Below are positions 1 through 12,189 of a stretch of DNA of 64,000 bases, one piece after another. This DNA is from Callorhinchus milii (lineage: Eukaryota). Within the stretch, counting starts at the first letter, position 1. Every line of letters begins with the position of its first letter. The notes below the pieces were generated by a model that was not told where the DNA came from, made no database searches, and saw only the letters and a program-made list of their open reading frames with translations. The stretch lies in NCBI RefSeq assembly GCF_018977255.1, contig NW_024704742.1, positions 122,700,001 through 122,764,000 on the forward strand, in the 5' to 3' direction. A program made the position numbers and the translations under genes.

Positions 1-563
1 AAATGTTATTCCAAGCATTCTTCAATTGAAATTATATTTGATGGCAAGTTAACTGCTAAAATATATGATTTTAACAATTTGATATTTCGCCTTGTAAGAT
101 TAAAATAAACAGCCTCTATTTTCTGTTAGACTTCGGAAAGGTTTTAGTGACAAATGAATTTGTTTGCCTCTTATAATTCTCTACCTTGCTTCTAATATTA
201 AATTAAAGAGCACTGAAGAGCTTTTGCCAACCTGGGCACCACAGCTGTGAAATTAAACATGTTCAATGGCCATCTAAAAATTAGATTTCTTGGAGAGAGC
301 TACGACAGGAAGGATCATCAGTCAAACTAATGAATAGTATAAGTGGTAAGTGCCTAGAGAGAACATTATGATGTGTATGATGTGACCAAATGAAACGCCA
401 GTTACTATGGGAACTATTGTGAGCCATGTGTTGGTGGCAAATTTGTATTCCACGCACAATGCCAGGCCCCCCGCAGTTGTCAGCTCAATGGGCACATTTG
501 AACCCCCATCACATTGATGACTTTGAACCAATTTTTGGGGTTTTATATAATATCTTCTTCTAG

Positions 564-777
564 CTCTGGAACAGGTCCTGAACAAAAGAAAGGGGGAACC
601 GTATGCGGTCACAGTGATGAACCTAACCATTCTGCTGAAGGTGGCTGAGGGCGGTTGTCATGGAAACACATCAGATGATGATGCCAGTACCTATGCTGAA
701 TTTCTTCCGTCAGTGCATTGGCTCAGGTCCATGATCCAGACTGTGACGTCTACTGCATGCATGTTACTGTATAATGG
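564..777 (+). other. Candidate exon (unidentified product)
   Basis: Acceptor tatcttcttctag and donor GG|gtaata; one frame open throughout (LEQVLNKRKGEPYAVTVMNLTILLKVAEGGCHGNTSDDDASTYAEFLPSVHWLRSMIQ...); no recognisable homolog. Confidence 0.2.
654..667. promoter_or_regulatory. RFX X-box-like motif GTTGTCATGGAAAC
   Basis: Close match to the palindromic X-box GTTGCCATGGCAAC in non-repeat sequence. Confidence 0.3.
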
Positions 778-1098
778 GTAATAATAGGTAGTGTTCACTT
801 TACAGCTTTTCATAAATAAATATGTATTTTAAGATTTATTCATTAATCATAGGAACCACTGATAATTGTTAATGAGTAGCATTGCAAATGTAACTATTGG
901 AGACAATCCTATGACCCTCTATCTGATTTGTTACATGTTCAAGTGATTTGGCATACTCTGTTTAATAATGTGCATTATGTAAATGAATGTGTAACAGAAA
1001 ATCTTTCAAAGGACTTTGAGATGTCCTTCTAACATGAAAGCTTCTACCAAATGCAAGGATTATTATTATTCGATTTACTTTATTACCATAAGGTAAAT

Positions 1099-1257
1099 TT
1101 AGAGCATTTTTCAGAGCATCCAAATTTTGACAAATTATGGAATTCAGTCTTAACTTTGATGACGTCTTTCTACGGTTCTTAAATTAATTTAAAGAAAACT
1201 GGCTTATAAGTTAAGATTTCATTTAAGAATCTGTCAAATTTTGGAAGTTCTAAACTA
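1099..1257. repeat. Palindromic MITE-like element
   Basis: Arms ttcagagcatccaaattttgacaaatt and aatctgtcaaattttggaagttctaaa are inverted copies; central perfect palindrome ttaaattaatttaa. Confidence 0.6.
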
Positions 1258-1430
1258 ATAATAATAATTCTTACATTTGATATAAAGCCTTATCATGTTT
1301 TCGAGACGTCTCAAAGCGCCTCACAGAATATACTGGAAAATGAATTGACTGTATATTTTGTGGGCGAAACACGGCAGCCAATTGCACACAGCAGTGTCCC
1401 ACAAACAGTCATGGATTGAGTGATTATTTT
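1256..1430 (-). mobile_element. SINE 3' part with (ATT)n tail
   Basis: Reverse complement of the SINE body and tail seen intact at 14249-14573. Confidence 0.85.
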
Positions 1431-1811
1431 TATTGCTAAGTTAATAGAGTAAATTTAGACTTAGGTGGCATTTCACCACTTTTCAACTAAGCAAGAATGA
1501 ACAGTAATAGCACTTCAATCCAACAATCTTGATGAAGTGCATTAATATAATGATTTCACCTTCTTGCACATTCAATTTGTGGTGCTCTGTGTAAAGAATG
1601 TGGCTGAATGAAAGTCAGACCTGCCACAAAAATGTACCACCACACCTCATTACTAACGAATCTTAAAAAAAAGTAGGCTAATTTTTTAAAACCAAACTAT
1701 AAAAACATCTTTTCAGTATACAGTAATTTGATCATTTACGAGTGAAGTGCTTTGTCCTCAGTTCTTGCAGAGACTTGAAGCAGGAAACAATTTAAGTAAA
1801 CAACATAAAAG

Positions 1812-2226
1812 TCAGCCAGAGTTGGTAGCCCTCTCGCCATTGAGTAAGAAGGTTGTGGGTTCAAGCTCAATGTTGAGACTTTACACTCACTGACTAAGAT
1901 GACCGACATTCCAATGCAGTGCTGTAGGTGAACTACATTGCTAGAAGTGCCGTCCTTCAGATGAGGCATTCAACTGAGGTCTGATCTACCTGTTCAGATG
2001 AACGTTAAATATCGTATAATACTATTCGAAAAGAGAAAGGTAGTTTCTTCTGCTGTCCAAGCCAAATATTCCATAGATTTGACATTCATTACATGGTTGA
2101 TTGTATGACATTTCTGTGCATAAATTGGCTACCACATTTGCCTACAAATACACAATCACTGCACTTTACAGTTTGCATCTCAATCACATTATAAACAGCT
2201 ATATCAAATGTAAGAGTCATTATTTT
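1812..2226 (+). mobile_element. Older Deu-domain SINE (SacSINE1/AmnSINE1-like)
   Basis: tRNA-like head (gttggtagc...gggttcaag), Deu-type core gtgccgtccttcagatgag...ctgttcag, shared 3' body and tail. Confidence 0.8.
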
Positions 2227-2702
2227 TTCTAAATTCTGCTGCTATAAAATGTGCCTACCCAGACGGTTGTGATGAGCTTTGCTAATTGGTAACAAACACT
2301 GTTTTTTTAGGAACGTAGGAACAGGAAGAGGTCATTCAACCCTGTCAAGCCTGATCCACCAGTTTATTAGATCTTGGCAGATCATTTAATCCCAATGCCC
2401 TGCTCTTTCATCATAAACCTTAATACCGTTACAACCCAAGCAAGTTTCTGTCGATCTATCTGTCTATCTCTTTTTTTAAGCAAAAAAAAGTTAAGGATAA
2501 CAGAAGCTAAAAGGTGGTCCAATGAACTGTTCAAAATCAAAAGCAGAAGTATTTTTCAAATGTTTCAAATTTTACTCCATGGTGCAGAGGCAAGTGCTAA
2601 GGTGATTTAGGAGCAATTTAATCTATTTTTATCATTTATGCTACACTTTTAAAGGTCCATTTAATGCCAAACCAATATAGTGTGCTTTGTTATATTGTGG
2701 TT

Positions 2703-3222
2703 AATAATAATTATCCTTGCATTTGATGTAGCGCCTTATTACATCGCTGAGACATCTCAAAACCCTTTACGGGATATACAGTAAAGTGGATTGACTGTAT
2801 TTTGTGGGTGAAAAATGTGGCAGCCAGTTACCTACAGCAATATCCCACAAACAGCCATAGAGTGAGTGACTAGTTTTATCTGGAGGATTATTGACCAGTA
2901 AGTACACTGGGAGAAAATCCCTTCTCTTTTTGAATAGTGTCATGGAAACTTTAACCGCCTGAACAGGCAGACGAGACCTCGGTTTAACATCTCATTCAAA
3001 GGATGGCAGCTCCAATATTGCAACACCTCCACAGCACCTCACTGGAGTGTCAACTTAAACTTAAACTGTGAAGCGCTTTGAGACGTCTAGAAGACGTGAA
3101 AAGCGCTATATCAAATGCAAAGATTATTATTATTAAACAATGTGATTTCAAGTCCCGACATGGGTCTTGAACCCACAATCTCTTCGCTCAGAGGTAGAGT
3201 GCTTCCATTGAGCCAGGCTGAG
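2703..3222 (-). mobile_element. Older Deu-domain SINE with a young SINE tail fragment nested at about 3066-3134 (+)
   Basis: Reverse Deu core (aacaggcagacgagacctcggtttaacatctcattc) and reverse head (cttgaacccac...gagccaggctg). Confidence 0.8.
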
Positions 3223-3485
3223 ATCTGGTTTTACTTATAAGGCAAGCAGCAAACCAACATGCCTTGTGCAAGTCAAAAATAAGTGTTTTTTAATTGGCTG
3301 AAAATTGGCAATGTATCAATTTTTTGATTAATTCTGATAAACTTTCGCAGCTTTACGTAAGTACGGTATTAACAGACTGTTTCAGGAATAGAACTAATCA
3401 GATTTTAATCAGAGGTTTAGTATTCCACTGCAATCTCTCATTGTGATGTTTGACCAAAACTTGATGGAATTATTGATTTTCATAG

Positions 3486-3623
3486 TGGCAATTTCATGAG
3501 TATGCGTATGAGCTTCGTTCCTTTCAAGTCAAATTAGACTGGCAATTTATTCCATTTGAGACTGAGAACAGCCTAGTATGTTGTGACCAGGAAATCCAGC
3601 TTCATGGACGCTTTAGAGCTGCA
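3486..3623 (+). other. Candidate phase 0-0 coding exon (46 codons, unidentified)
   Basis: ttttcatag acceptor, GCA|gtgagt donor, 138 nt open: WQFHEYAYELRSFQVKLDWQFIPFETENSLVCCDQEIQLHGRFRAA. Confidence 0.3.
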
Positions 3624-3735
3624 GTGAGTAATACAGTTGAAGCACTGGTTCTGAGGCTTAGAACTGTGGGGTGAAGTAGTCGGTACAGAAGCGATTCTGT
3701 TAAGAAATGCTGTATTTTAACTCCCTTCAGTTTAA

Positions 3736-4050
3736 GAGTCCTGTAGCTCAGTGGTTAGAGCACTTGCTTTGCAAGCGAGACACCTGGGTTCAATTCCAGG
3801 CAGGGCAAAACCTTGGGCAAGTTTCCTTACTCCTCACGCCTAATAATAATAATCCCTCCAAAACCAAAAACAATAATAAATTGGTCATTTTCAATCTACA
3901 ACCGTTTGTGGGACATTGCTGTGCGCAATTGACTGCCGCGTTCGCCCACAAATATACAGTCAATTCACTTTACAGTGTGTTCTGTGAAGCGCTTTGGGAC
4001 GTCCTCCCGACGTGAAAACCGCTATATCAAATGCAAGGATTATTATTATT
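3736..4050 (+). mobile_element. Young tRNA(Ala)-derived SINE, short form
   Basis: A box tagctcagtgg, TGC anticodon-like loop, B box gttcaattcc, L2-like 3' stem-loop, (ATT)n tail; ttaagagt duplicated at both ends. Confidence 0.95.
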
Positions 4051-5932
4051 AAGAGTGACCACCAATCAGCTCAGGGCAGAAGCCAGTAGTGGATTCTCAA
4101 GACACGTGCAATATAAATGAACCCACATTATTACAAAGTACATTATAATAATTGGATTCTTCTGTACATTGCACATATGAGAAGAAAGACAATCTAACTC
4201 AAAGTGCTGGCATTTCCAACAATTTCAATTTGGGTAAACTGCCCTTTTAAGAAAAACGTCCCACTGCATGATCACAAACATTATTCATTCTGTGCAGCAT
4301 GAGAGAATAACAATAGGTTTAGCTATGCAATTGATCAGGTTTGACCACAATGTATGAACAGGGTGCTTATGTGGGCGTGAAAAGTTTCAACTTGAAATTG
4401 ATTCGGGCGTCGACAGAAATTGATAGCACACCTGTAATTGTTATGGTGGCAGTGTTGCAACCAAGCAATTATGTTCTAATTGATAGAAAGCCTTGTGCTC
4501 ACCTTTAAAACAAGGCTGGTAGGCTGGCTATGCTTGGAGATCGCACATTTAATGTCAAGACTGTACAGCAGCCACATATAAAGCTGTCCTAATGTTTCCC
4601 CCAAAGATCAGTGGTTGTATGTGAGATTAACAGTACTCCTGGGTTTTTGAAGAATCCCAAACCAGATGTTCATTTTTTTGTAGGACATGGAAACATGGTA
4701 GGTTTATAGGAAACCAAAGCTTAATGTAGTTTGAGATGAACCTGTAAAACAAGTTTGTTTCCATATATTACAGTTGACAGAATTTACCTTTGATAATATT
4801 TATCTTCACTCTTTCAAAGATAGAAGATTGCTAGAGAGAAAGCAAAGGTAATACTGAAAGACATATATCTGGGGCCACACCTATTTTTTGAAATTCCTAG
4901 AGTTCAGTGTGTGTGCTCAGCCTGTTAAGCAGATTCTAAATCCAAGTCTTTCAAGAAATTCATCTGTTTATATCTCAAATGCAGATCTTCTTTTAGTTTG
5001 TTTCCTTTTTTTATTATCAACACAGCTTCTAATTAGAGCAAGTGGTATTTCCACGGATGCACTGATATGTAGATAAGAGTGTAATTATTTCAGTCGCAGT
5101 TCATAGATTCCAAAGACGGGAGGAGAAATGTGCTAATGTGAGACTTTGTTCCCAACACACTGCAAACTGTTATCGAGACTTCTGTGTTCAATTAGAGTTG
5201 ACAGTAAGTTAATCATCTCAGCTTCTGAAATGTGACCTTCTAGGTTTGCTGCATTGGCCGTGACAGTTCTTTGCAGTTCTATTACCTTGTGATAGGGCAA
5301 TGCAGTTGTCTTTCAGTTCAGGGTTATGTAACGCAGCCAGGAGTAAGAAAGCGGCATTCAGGAAACATGCCAGGGCACATCACAATAAAACACAAGCAAG
5401 TATTTCTTAGTGTCTTGTTTAGAGTAGAACCATATAGGAAATTGACCACCAGCTTTGAATATTTGCACTGTCTCTTTGGAGCAGTGCAAGTACTGAGTTG
5501 ATGGGGGTGTGGTGTTTTGGTGGGGGTGAAGATGCAGGCACTGTATTTTGGATGAGTGTGCAGCTTATGAGCAGTGGAACAAGGGAGACCAGTGAGGAGT
5601 GCATGAGAAACAGGCTGCCAACACCTGCTATGTTGGCTCACGTATAAATAATGATTGATGGGAAGGTACTGGAGAGCAATTAATTTGTGTCCATGGAATT
5701 CCACTCCAGTTAAAAATGTGCAAGAGGAGCCAAGCACGTTTAGAAGAGGAAGAGGGGTGAAAAGTAGCTGTGGGGGAAAAAGGGGATGGGGGGAGGAAAG
5801 AAGTGTGCAAAAAGAATAGAGAGCAGTTCAATGTTATTGACAAAGCTTTGGTGTTGTTCTAAAGTTTTGAAACAAAATTAATTGAAGAAGAATACATTTG
5901 AAATCTTTGAGGCTTCCTTATGTACTATTATG

Positions 5933-6253
5933 TTACCCCTTGTCCAAAACAAGGCAGCATAGTCTTAAAATTAGAAACAAGCAATTTAAGAGTGAAATCT
6001 GGAAGCATTTTTTCACTCAAAGGGTGGTAGAAATCTGGAACTCTCTCCCCCAAAAGACCGTGGTCACTGGATCCAGCCACACCTTCAAGAGTGAGGTTGA
6101 TAGATTTTTGATAGGTCAGGGTATTAAGGGATATGGGGAGAAAACGGGAAATTGGAATTGAAAGGATTAGTTGAGGCGCAGATCAGCCACGATCTAATTA
6201 AATGGCGGAACAAGCTCAAAGGGCTGAATGGCCTACTCCTGTTCCTATGTTCC
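5933..6253 (+). mobile_element. CR1 LINE 3' end
   Basis: ORF2 C-terminus HFFTQRVVEIWNSLP...FKSEVDRFL; 3' UTR gggctgaatggcctactcctgttcctatgttc. Confidence 0.9.
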
Positions 6254-6271
6254 ATAGCTTTGAATCAGGTG

Positions 6272-6470
6272 TCAGCCTGGCTCAGTTGGTAACACCCTCA
6301 TGTCTGACAGTCAGTAGGTTGGGGATTGAATGTCAGTCTAGGCTAGGCTGACATTCCAGTGTATTGCTGGGGGGGATTGCTGCAGTGTTGGGGATGCTGT
6401 CCTTTGGATAAGATGTTAGACTGAGTTCATGTCTCCCTGTTCATGTGGAAGTTAAAATGTTTCCTGGCCT
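6272..6470 (+). mobile_element. Older Deu-domain SINE, 5' part
   Basis: cagcctggctcagttggt head and gatgctgtcctttggataagatgtta core. Confidence 0.7.
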
Positions 6471-6499
6471 GACTAAGATTGCACTTCACAGCCCCGACC

Positions 6500-6672
6500 T
6501 GTGTCTTCTTGTGTCACAGAGACTAAAACTACCCGCAATGTTCCAATTCGGGCCTAATCAGAGCGCTATATAGCTTGGTCTTATGAGGATTAGTTGAACT
6601 CAACTGATGTGTCAATGCAGTCCAGCATCCTTTTAACTTTGTTTATAGCCTCACGCTATTCCTGGCACATTT
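6500..6672 (-). mobile_element. Degenerate CR1 RT fragment
   Basis: Minus strand reads LYSALIRPELEHCG, similar to the CR1 motif LYKALVRPHLEYCVQFW. Confidence 0.65.
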
Positions 6673-6993
6673 ACTGTTGCTGCAATAATTAATTTTTATA
6701 GAACCACATAATACAAAAACCCCCCACAAATGATATCCCAATCATACACACTACCAGGAACCAGAGGCCACAATCTCTATTGCAGCTCAAAGTCATGATA
6801 GTCATTAAGTAAGAAACAAAAAACAACTTTATACAGAACTGTATTGTTCATAAACTGTACATCTAGACAATTTGCCATAGATGATGATGTTTAAAGAGTA
6901 ATTAAGCTAGAATCATAGAAATTACAGAGAGGGGAAGCTGTTCAGTCATCAAGCCAAGCCGATACCAGCTTCTCCACTGGAGCCATGTACTTT

Positions 6994-7320
6994 TAATAAT
7001 AATAATAATAATAATAATCCTTGCATTTGATATAGCGCTTTTCACGTCAGGAGGACGTCCCAAAGCGCTTCACAGAACACACTGTAAAGTGAATTGACTG
7101 TATATTTGTGGGCGAACGCGGCAGCCAATTGCGCACAGCAGTGTCCCACAAACAGTCGTAGATTGAAAATGACCAATTTAATTATTGTTTTTGGTTTTTT
7201 GGAGGGATTATTATTAGGCGTGTGGAGTAAGGAAACTTGCCCAAGGTTTCGCCCTGCCTGGAATTGAACTCAGGTCTCTCACTTGCAAAGCGAGTGCTCT
7301 AACCACTGAGCTACAGGACT
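6994..7320 (-). mobile_element. Young tRNA-derived SINE, short form
   Basis: Nearly identical to 14249-14573; actttt at both flanks. Confidence 0.95.
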
Positions 7321-7439
7321 TTTGTGTCCATTCCCTGCTTTTTCTCAATTCCCTTTCCAGCTTCAATAACATTCCATGTGCTAATAATCTTCTGTATCCT
7401 AATGTTTCTTGTAACCTCCCCTTTTAACCCTTGCTTGCT

Positions 7440-7635
7440 TTACTTTATAATCTGCAGATCATTCAGAAGTCTGCAATTCGTGTCCTTTCCTGCACCAGAC
7501 TCCATAACCTCTCACCCCCACCCTCGCCCAGCTCCACTAGTTCCCCATTCCCCCAAAGGATAGAGTTCAAAATCCTTGTCCTTGCCTTCAAAATGCTCCA
7601 TGGCCTTACTCCTTCCTATCTCTGTGATCTCTAAC
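7440..7635 (+). mobile_element. L2 LINE ORF2 C-terminal fragment
   Basis: LQIIQKSAIRVL...QRIEFKILVLAFKMLHGLTPSYL. Confidence 0.85.
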
Positions 7636-7649
7636 GCCACATCGTCCTG

Positions 7650-9291
7650 TCCGCTTTGGCCTGCTCCACATCACCTCCCTCTCAAACACAATCACCCGGA
7701 TGAAGTTCACCACCTGCTACCTCAACCCACTCCCCACCCAGCTGCTGATCACTCAACTCTCCCTTCTCCCCCCTGCTGGCCAACACGGTCAACCAGTCAC
7801 TCTCCTCAGGCTCTGTTCCACTCCGCCTGAAAACCGTTGTCGTCACACCCCTCCTCAAAAAATCCACCCTCGATCCCTCTAATCTCTCAAACTACCATCC
7901 CATCTCTAACCTACCCTTCCTTGTCAAAGTCCTGGAACGCATTGTTGCAAGTCAACTTCGGCCACACCTCTCCCTCCACTCCCTCCTCGATCCCCTGCAG
8001 TCTGGTTTTCCCCCTGCCCACAGCACAGAAACTGCAGTTGTCAAAGTCACAAACTATGTCCTCTCTATCTGTGACCAGGGCTCTCTCAGCCTCCTCGTCC
8101 TCCTGGATCTCTCTGTTGCATTCGACATAGTCAACCACCCTATCCTCCTCCACCGCCTCTCCTCCCTCACCCACTTTAGTGGGACCACACTCACATGGTT
8201 CGAGTCCTACTTAACCAAACTCCTCCATTTCATCTCAGCAAATAGTTTCTCCTCCCGCCCCCGCCCCCTCCTGTGGGGTAACCCAGGGCTCCATCCTTAG
8301 CCCTCTTCCCTTCCTTATCTATATGCTCCATCTAGGCGATGTCATCCGCAGACACGGGGTAAACTTTCACATGTATGCAGATGACACACAAATGTATTTT
8401 GCCTCCTCCAGTACCAACTCCAGGTCCTCCAATGTTCTTATTTGCTTGCAGACATCAAGGCCTAGATGAGTGTAAACTTCCTACAGCTGAATATGGACAA
8501 GACAGAAGCCATTTTCCTTGGCTCCTGTCAACGTCTTCACTCCTGAGAATCTAAACTCCTCAATCTCCCTGAGCTCTCCCTCACACTCACTGAACCAGTG
8601 CGCAACCTAGGCATCTGATTTGACCCCAGCTGTCCTTCCTCCGCCACATCGGTCCCTGACCAGGACCGCCTTCCTCCACCTCTGCCACATTGCCTACCTC
8701 CGACTGTACCTTACTCCAAATGCAGCCGAAACCCTCGTGCACGTGTTTGTCACCTCCCGCGTGGATTACCCCAACAAACTTCTCCCGAGCTCCACCATTC
8801 AAAAGACCCAGCTCATTCAGAACTCTGCTGCCCACATACTGACACGGACCAAACTCCATATCCACATCTCACCAATTCTGGCCAGGCTCCACTGACTCCC
8901 CATCACTGAACAGATTGACTTCAAGATCCTCACACTCGTGTTCAAATCCATTCACTCCCTGGCACCTCCGACCTCCTCACTCCCCAATCCACCACCTGGC
9001 CCTCCACTCGACTGGCACCAGCCTTCTACTCGTCCCTCGCGCCCTCTGCCCCACCATCGAGGTCGTGCTTTCAGCCACTTTGCCTCAAATCTCTGGAACA
9101 CTCCCTCAGTCCCACCGCCATGCCCCCTCTCTCCCCTCTTTCAAGTCCTGCCTGAAAACTTTCCTCTTCGATCGTGCTTACTGCCACCTCCCCCCCATCT
9201 TCCCCCGGCTCGGAGTCAGGCTCCGCCACTGCTAAATGCTCTGGGATGCTACCCTGCGTGGAGGGCACTATATAAGTGCAAGTCGTTGTTG
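7650..9291 (+). mobile_element. L2 LINE, 5'-truncated, frameshifted RT region and 3' end (type B tail)
   Basis: [43 protein letters not shown] (about 8365-8390), LIQNSAAHIL; ends tataagtgcaagtcgttgttg. Confidence 0.92.
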
Positions 9292-9930
9292 TATACATCA
9301 GGATAAGGAAGGTCTTGCAATCCTTTTTACTGGTCTTTAAGATAGATATTAGCTCTGCAGATTGCACTTTATCTTAATTTCAAAATCAACCATCTGCGAG
9401 ATTACTTGGTTGAATCTCAAAACATTTAGATCAAGTGGAAAAAAAAGATCAGTGTTTGCTATGAATTGCTAACTGATAGTTTTTATTACATCCTCTATCT
9501 GACACACTGCCGGGAAGTCTCAAGGCAAATAAAAGATACACACAGAAATTTGTTTTATCTTAGAGTGCCAAGGTTCGGAATGTCATTTTGTTAATCAATA
9601 TTTGGCAATTGTTTAAAAATGACAAATTACTCTCAATGAGGTCCCCATAATAATTAGCTTAAGCTTCAAATAATCATGTACTTCATTAATAGAAAGAATT
9701 TGCCCGGGAGACTTTTTTCCAAGGTCCTGTCTTAACCTTTGATAGTGCCTTCTGTTGTGTCTTTAACAGATTGGCTATTGAGAGCTTGTTATTGACATTA
9801 CTACACTTCAGTTGGAAGTAGAGTGCCATTCATAGGCTATAGTGAAAGTGCATTGGTAGGAGATGCTGGCAGGTTTGACGTGGGAATGTCTTCTGTCACG
9901 TTGTGACTTTTAATGGTTTCCAATTTACAG

Positions 9931-9986
9931 GAATTTTAACCTTGCTGTACCATGCCTCCCTCCACACGCTTTTAACAGGTTATAAG
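9931..9986 (+). other. Candidate 56-nt exon
   Basis: tttccaatttacag acceptor and strong AAG|gtatgt donor; one open frame (G)ILTLLYHASLHTLLTGYK. Confidence 0.2.
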
Positions 9987-10359
9987 GTATGTTTCCGGGA
10001 TAGAAACGTATCTTTCTGGATTGTTGGGGTTACTGCAACCTCTGTGTTTGCCATACCTTATTTACTATTGAACCCTTTAGCAAGAGTATTTTTTAATAAT
10101 ATTTGGACTGTTCAGCTGCTCTACTGATGTAACATTTTAGAGTACAGTACAGGCACACAACAATGCTGAATATTAGGATATGCATTCACACTTCTAATTC
10201 ACCACGCCCCAATTGGCAGTCTTATTCACACTGTCAGAGGCCAGGAAGCCTCATCTTTCATACAGGGTTACAGAGATCTATTTGATGTTTGTTACCTTCG
10301 CAATATATACTGACATTCCTTTTTATGTCAATGTGAAAATCAATTCGGAGGCTAGGCTA

Positions 10360-10671
10360 GGAGTCCTGTAGCTCAGTGGTTAGAACACTCGCCTCGCAAG
10401 CGAGAGACCTGGGTTCAATTCCCGGCAGGGTGAAACCTTGGGCAAGTTTCCCTACTCCATCCACATGCCCAATAATAATCCCTCAAGAAAAAACAATAAA
10501 ATTGGTCACTTCAATCCACGACTGTTTGTGGGACACTGCTGTGCACAATTGGCTCCCGCGTTTCGCCCACAATATAGAGTCAATTCACTTTACAGTATAT
10601 TCTGTGAAGCGCTTTGAGACGTCTAGAAGACGTGAAAAGTGCTATTCAAATGCAAGGATTATTATTATTAT
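10360..10671 (+). mobile_element. Young tRNA-derived SINE, short form
   Basis: Full head, body and tail; stem-loop variant acgtctagaagacgt. Confidence 0.95.
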
Positions 10672-10954
10672 CAGGCGCGGCTTTCATCAGAAAGCTCAAT
10701 TGCTGGGATTGTGCCAAAAGGGATTTGATAGACCTTTGGCTGCGCAGCAATTCATCATCAGGAAGCAGTTGCTTGAAAATTCTAATTCAGCAAATATCAG
10801 TTTGAAACAGCACCTCTGCATTAGCACACAACTTGCTGATGCAACGCTTGAACTCACCGTGCAATAGGAGTGGGGGAGGCGGTAACAATGACATGGCAAA
10901 TGATAAAATCGTACTCCTCGAGGTAAAATATGTTCATTTAGTAATAAAAAAAAC

Positions 10955-11045
10955 TAATCCTTGTATTTGATATAGCCCCTTATCATGTCTTCGAGACGTC
11001 TCAAAGCACTTCACAGTAAAGTGAATTGACTGTATATTTTGTGTT
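10955..11045 (-). mobile_element. SINE tail fragment
   Basis: aatccttgtatttgatatagc...aagtgaattgactgtat. Confidence 0.8.
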
Positions 11046-11072
11046 TCTATTTAACAAAACTGAAAGTAAATT

Positions 11073-11562
11073 TAACAACAACAAAATTACATTTGGATAG
11101 CGACTTTCACGTTGGGAGGACGTCCCAAGGCGCTGGACAGACAGAGTTATGGACCCGAGCTGGGGGTCGGGGTGGAGGAGGGCGAAGGGCAGCGGGGGAA
11201 GCAGGGAGATCAAAAGCACGGTTGAAGAGGAGGGTCTTGAGGTGGGTCTTGAAGGTGGCAAGGGAGAGGCGAGATGGAGGGACTGCAGGATGGAGTTCCA
11301 GAGGTTGGGGGCTGAGTGGCGGAAGGCCCACTTGCCAATAGTGGGGCAAGCAAAGCTGGGGACGTTAAGTAGGTCAGAGCCTGCTGAACGGAGGGAGTGA
11401 GCAGGATGGTAGGGGGTTAGGAGGTTGCAGAGCTAGCGAGGAGCAAGACCATGGAGGGCTTTGAAGGTGAGGACCAGGATCTTGAATTGTATCCTCTGTG
11501 TGATGGGACGCCAGTAGAGTTGGGCAAGGATGAGGGTGATGGGGCCTAGTGCGGGAGAGGAC
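11073..11562 (-). mobile_element. L2 LINE 3' fragment (type A tail)
   Basis: (CAA)n end, cacgttgggaggacgtcccaaggcgctg; FKTHLKTLLFNRAF on the minus strand. Confidence 0.9.
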
Positions 11563-12189
11563 ATGGGAATTAAAGAAATTTAATTCCTTTGATTGAGTCT
11601 GAGAAACAATTACTGCTACTAACAGGAAATCAGGCACATCTTTGTTTGCAGACTGATAAGATATGCTCTGCACACACTTGGTTTCTGGTATTGTACTTTG
11701 CACTTTAATAAATGAGCGTTATCTTTTCCTGTAAAAGCAATTGACAACCTTTTCTAATTGGATAGGAAGAACATGCAACAGAACATATATCGGACTTTCA
11801 TCAGGGCAGGATCTGGTGCAAGTAACACAACAGACATATTTCTGTATGATTTGTGTACTTTAATCTGATGTAAAACAAATTTAAAAAAACTGCCAAAAAG
11901 TGTTCATGAAGACAGGAAGCTTCAATAATTATCTGATGTTTCATTTCTCCCTAGCTCGGCATCCCACAGCAACATCGTTAACGACTCCAAGATGCTACTC
12001 ACATAAAGAGCGCTATGGAAATGCAAGTTATTGTTGATTTGAAGGCCTATTAATAATTTAACTCATGGTGGAAAAGCACTTATCAGTGGACAGTGCATCA
12101 AAATTCCCTCTTTGTGTTGTTAGTAGATTATGAGGTTCCTACAAGTTGGCCAGGCCATGCCGCAGGTTACCAGTGAAGGATTAGGGGAG

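Noticed and set aside
5324..5737. 137-aa minus-strand ORF
   Set aside because: Non-ATG start and random-looking composition
10376..10867. 163-aa ORF and similar ORFs containing FGTSSRREKRYIKCKDYYYY or [12 protein letters not shown]
   Set aside because: Chance read-through of SINE sequence
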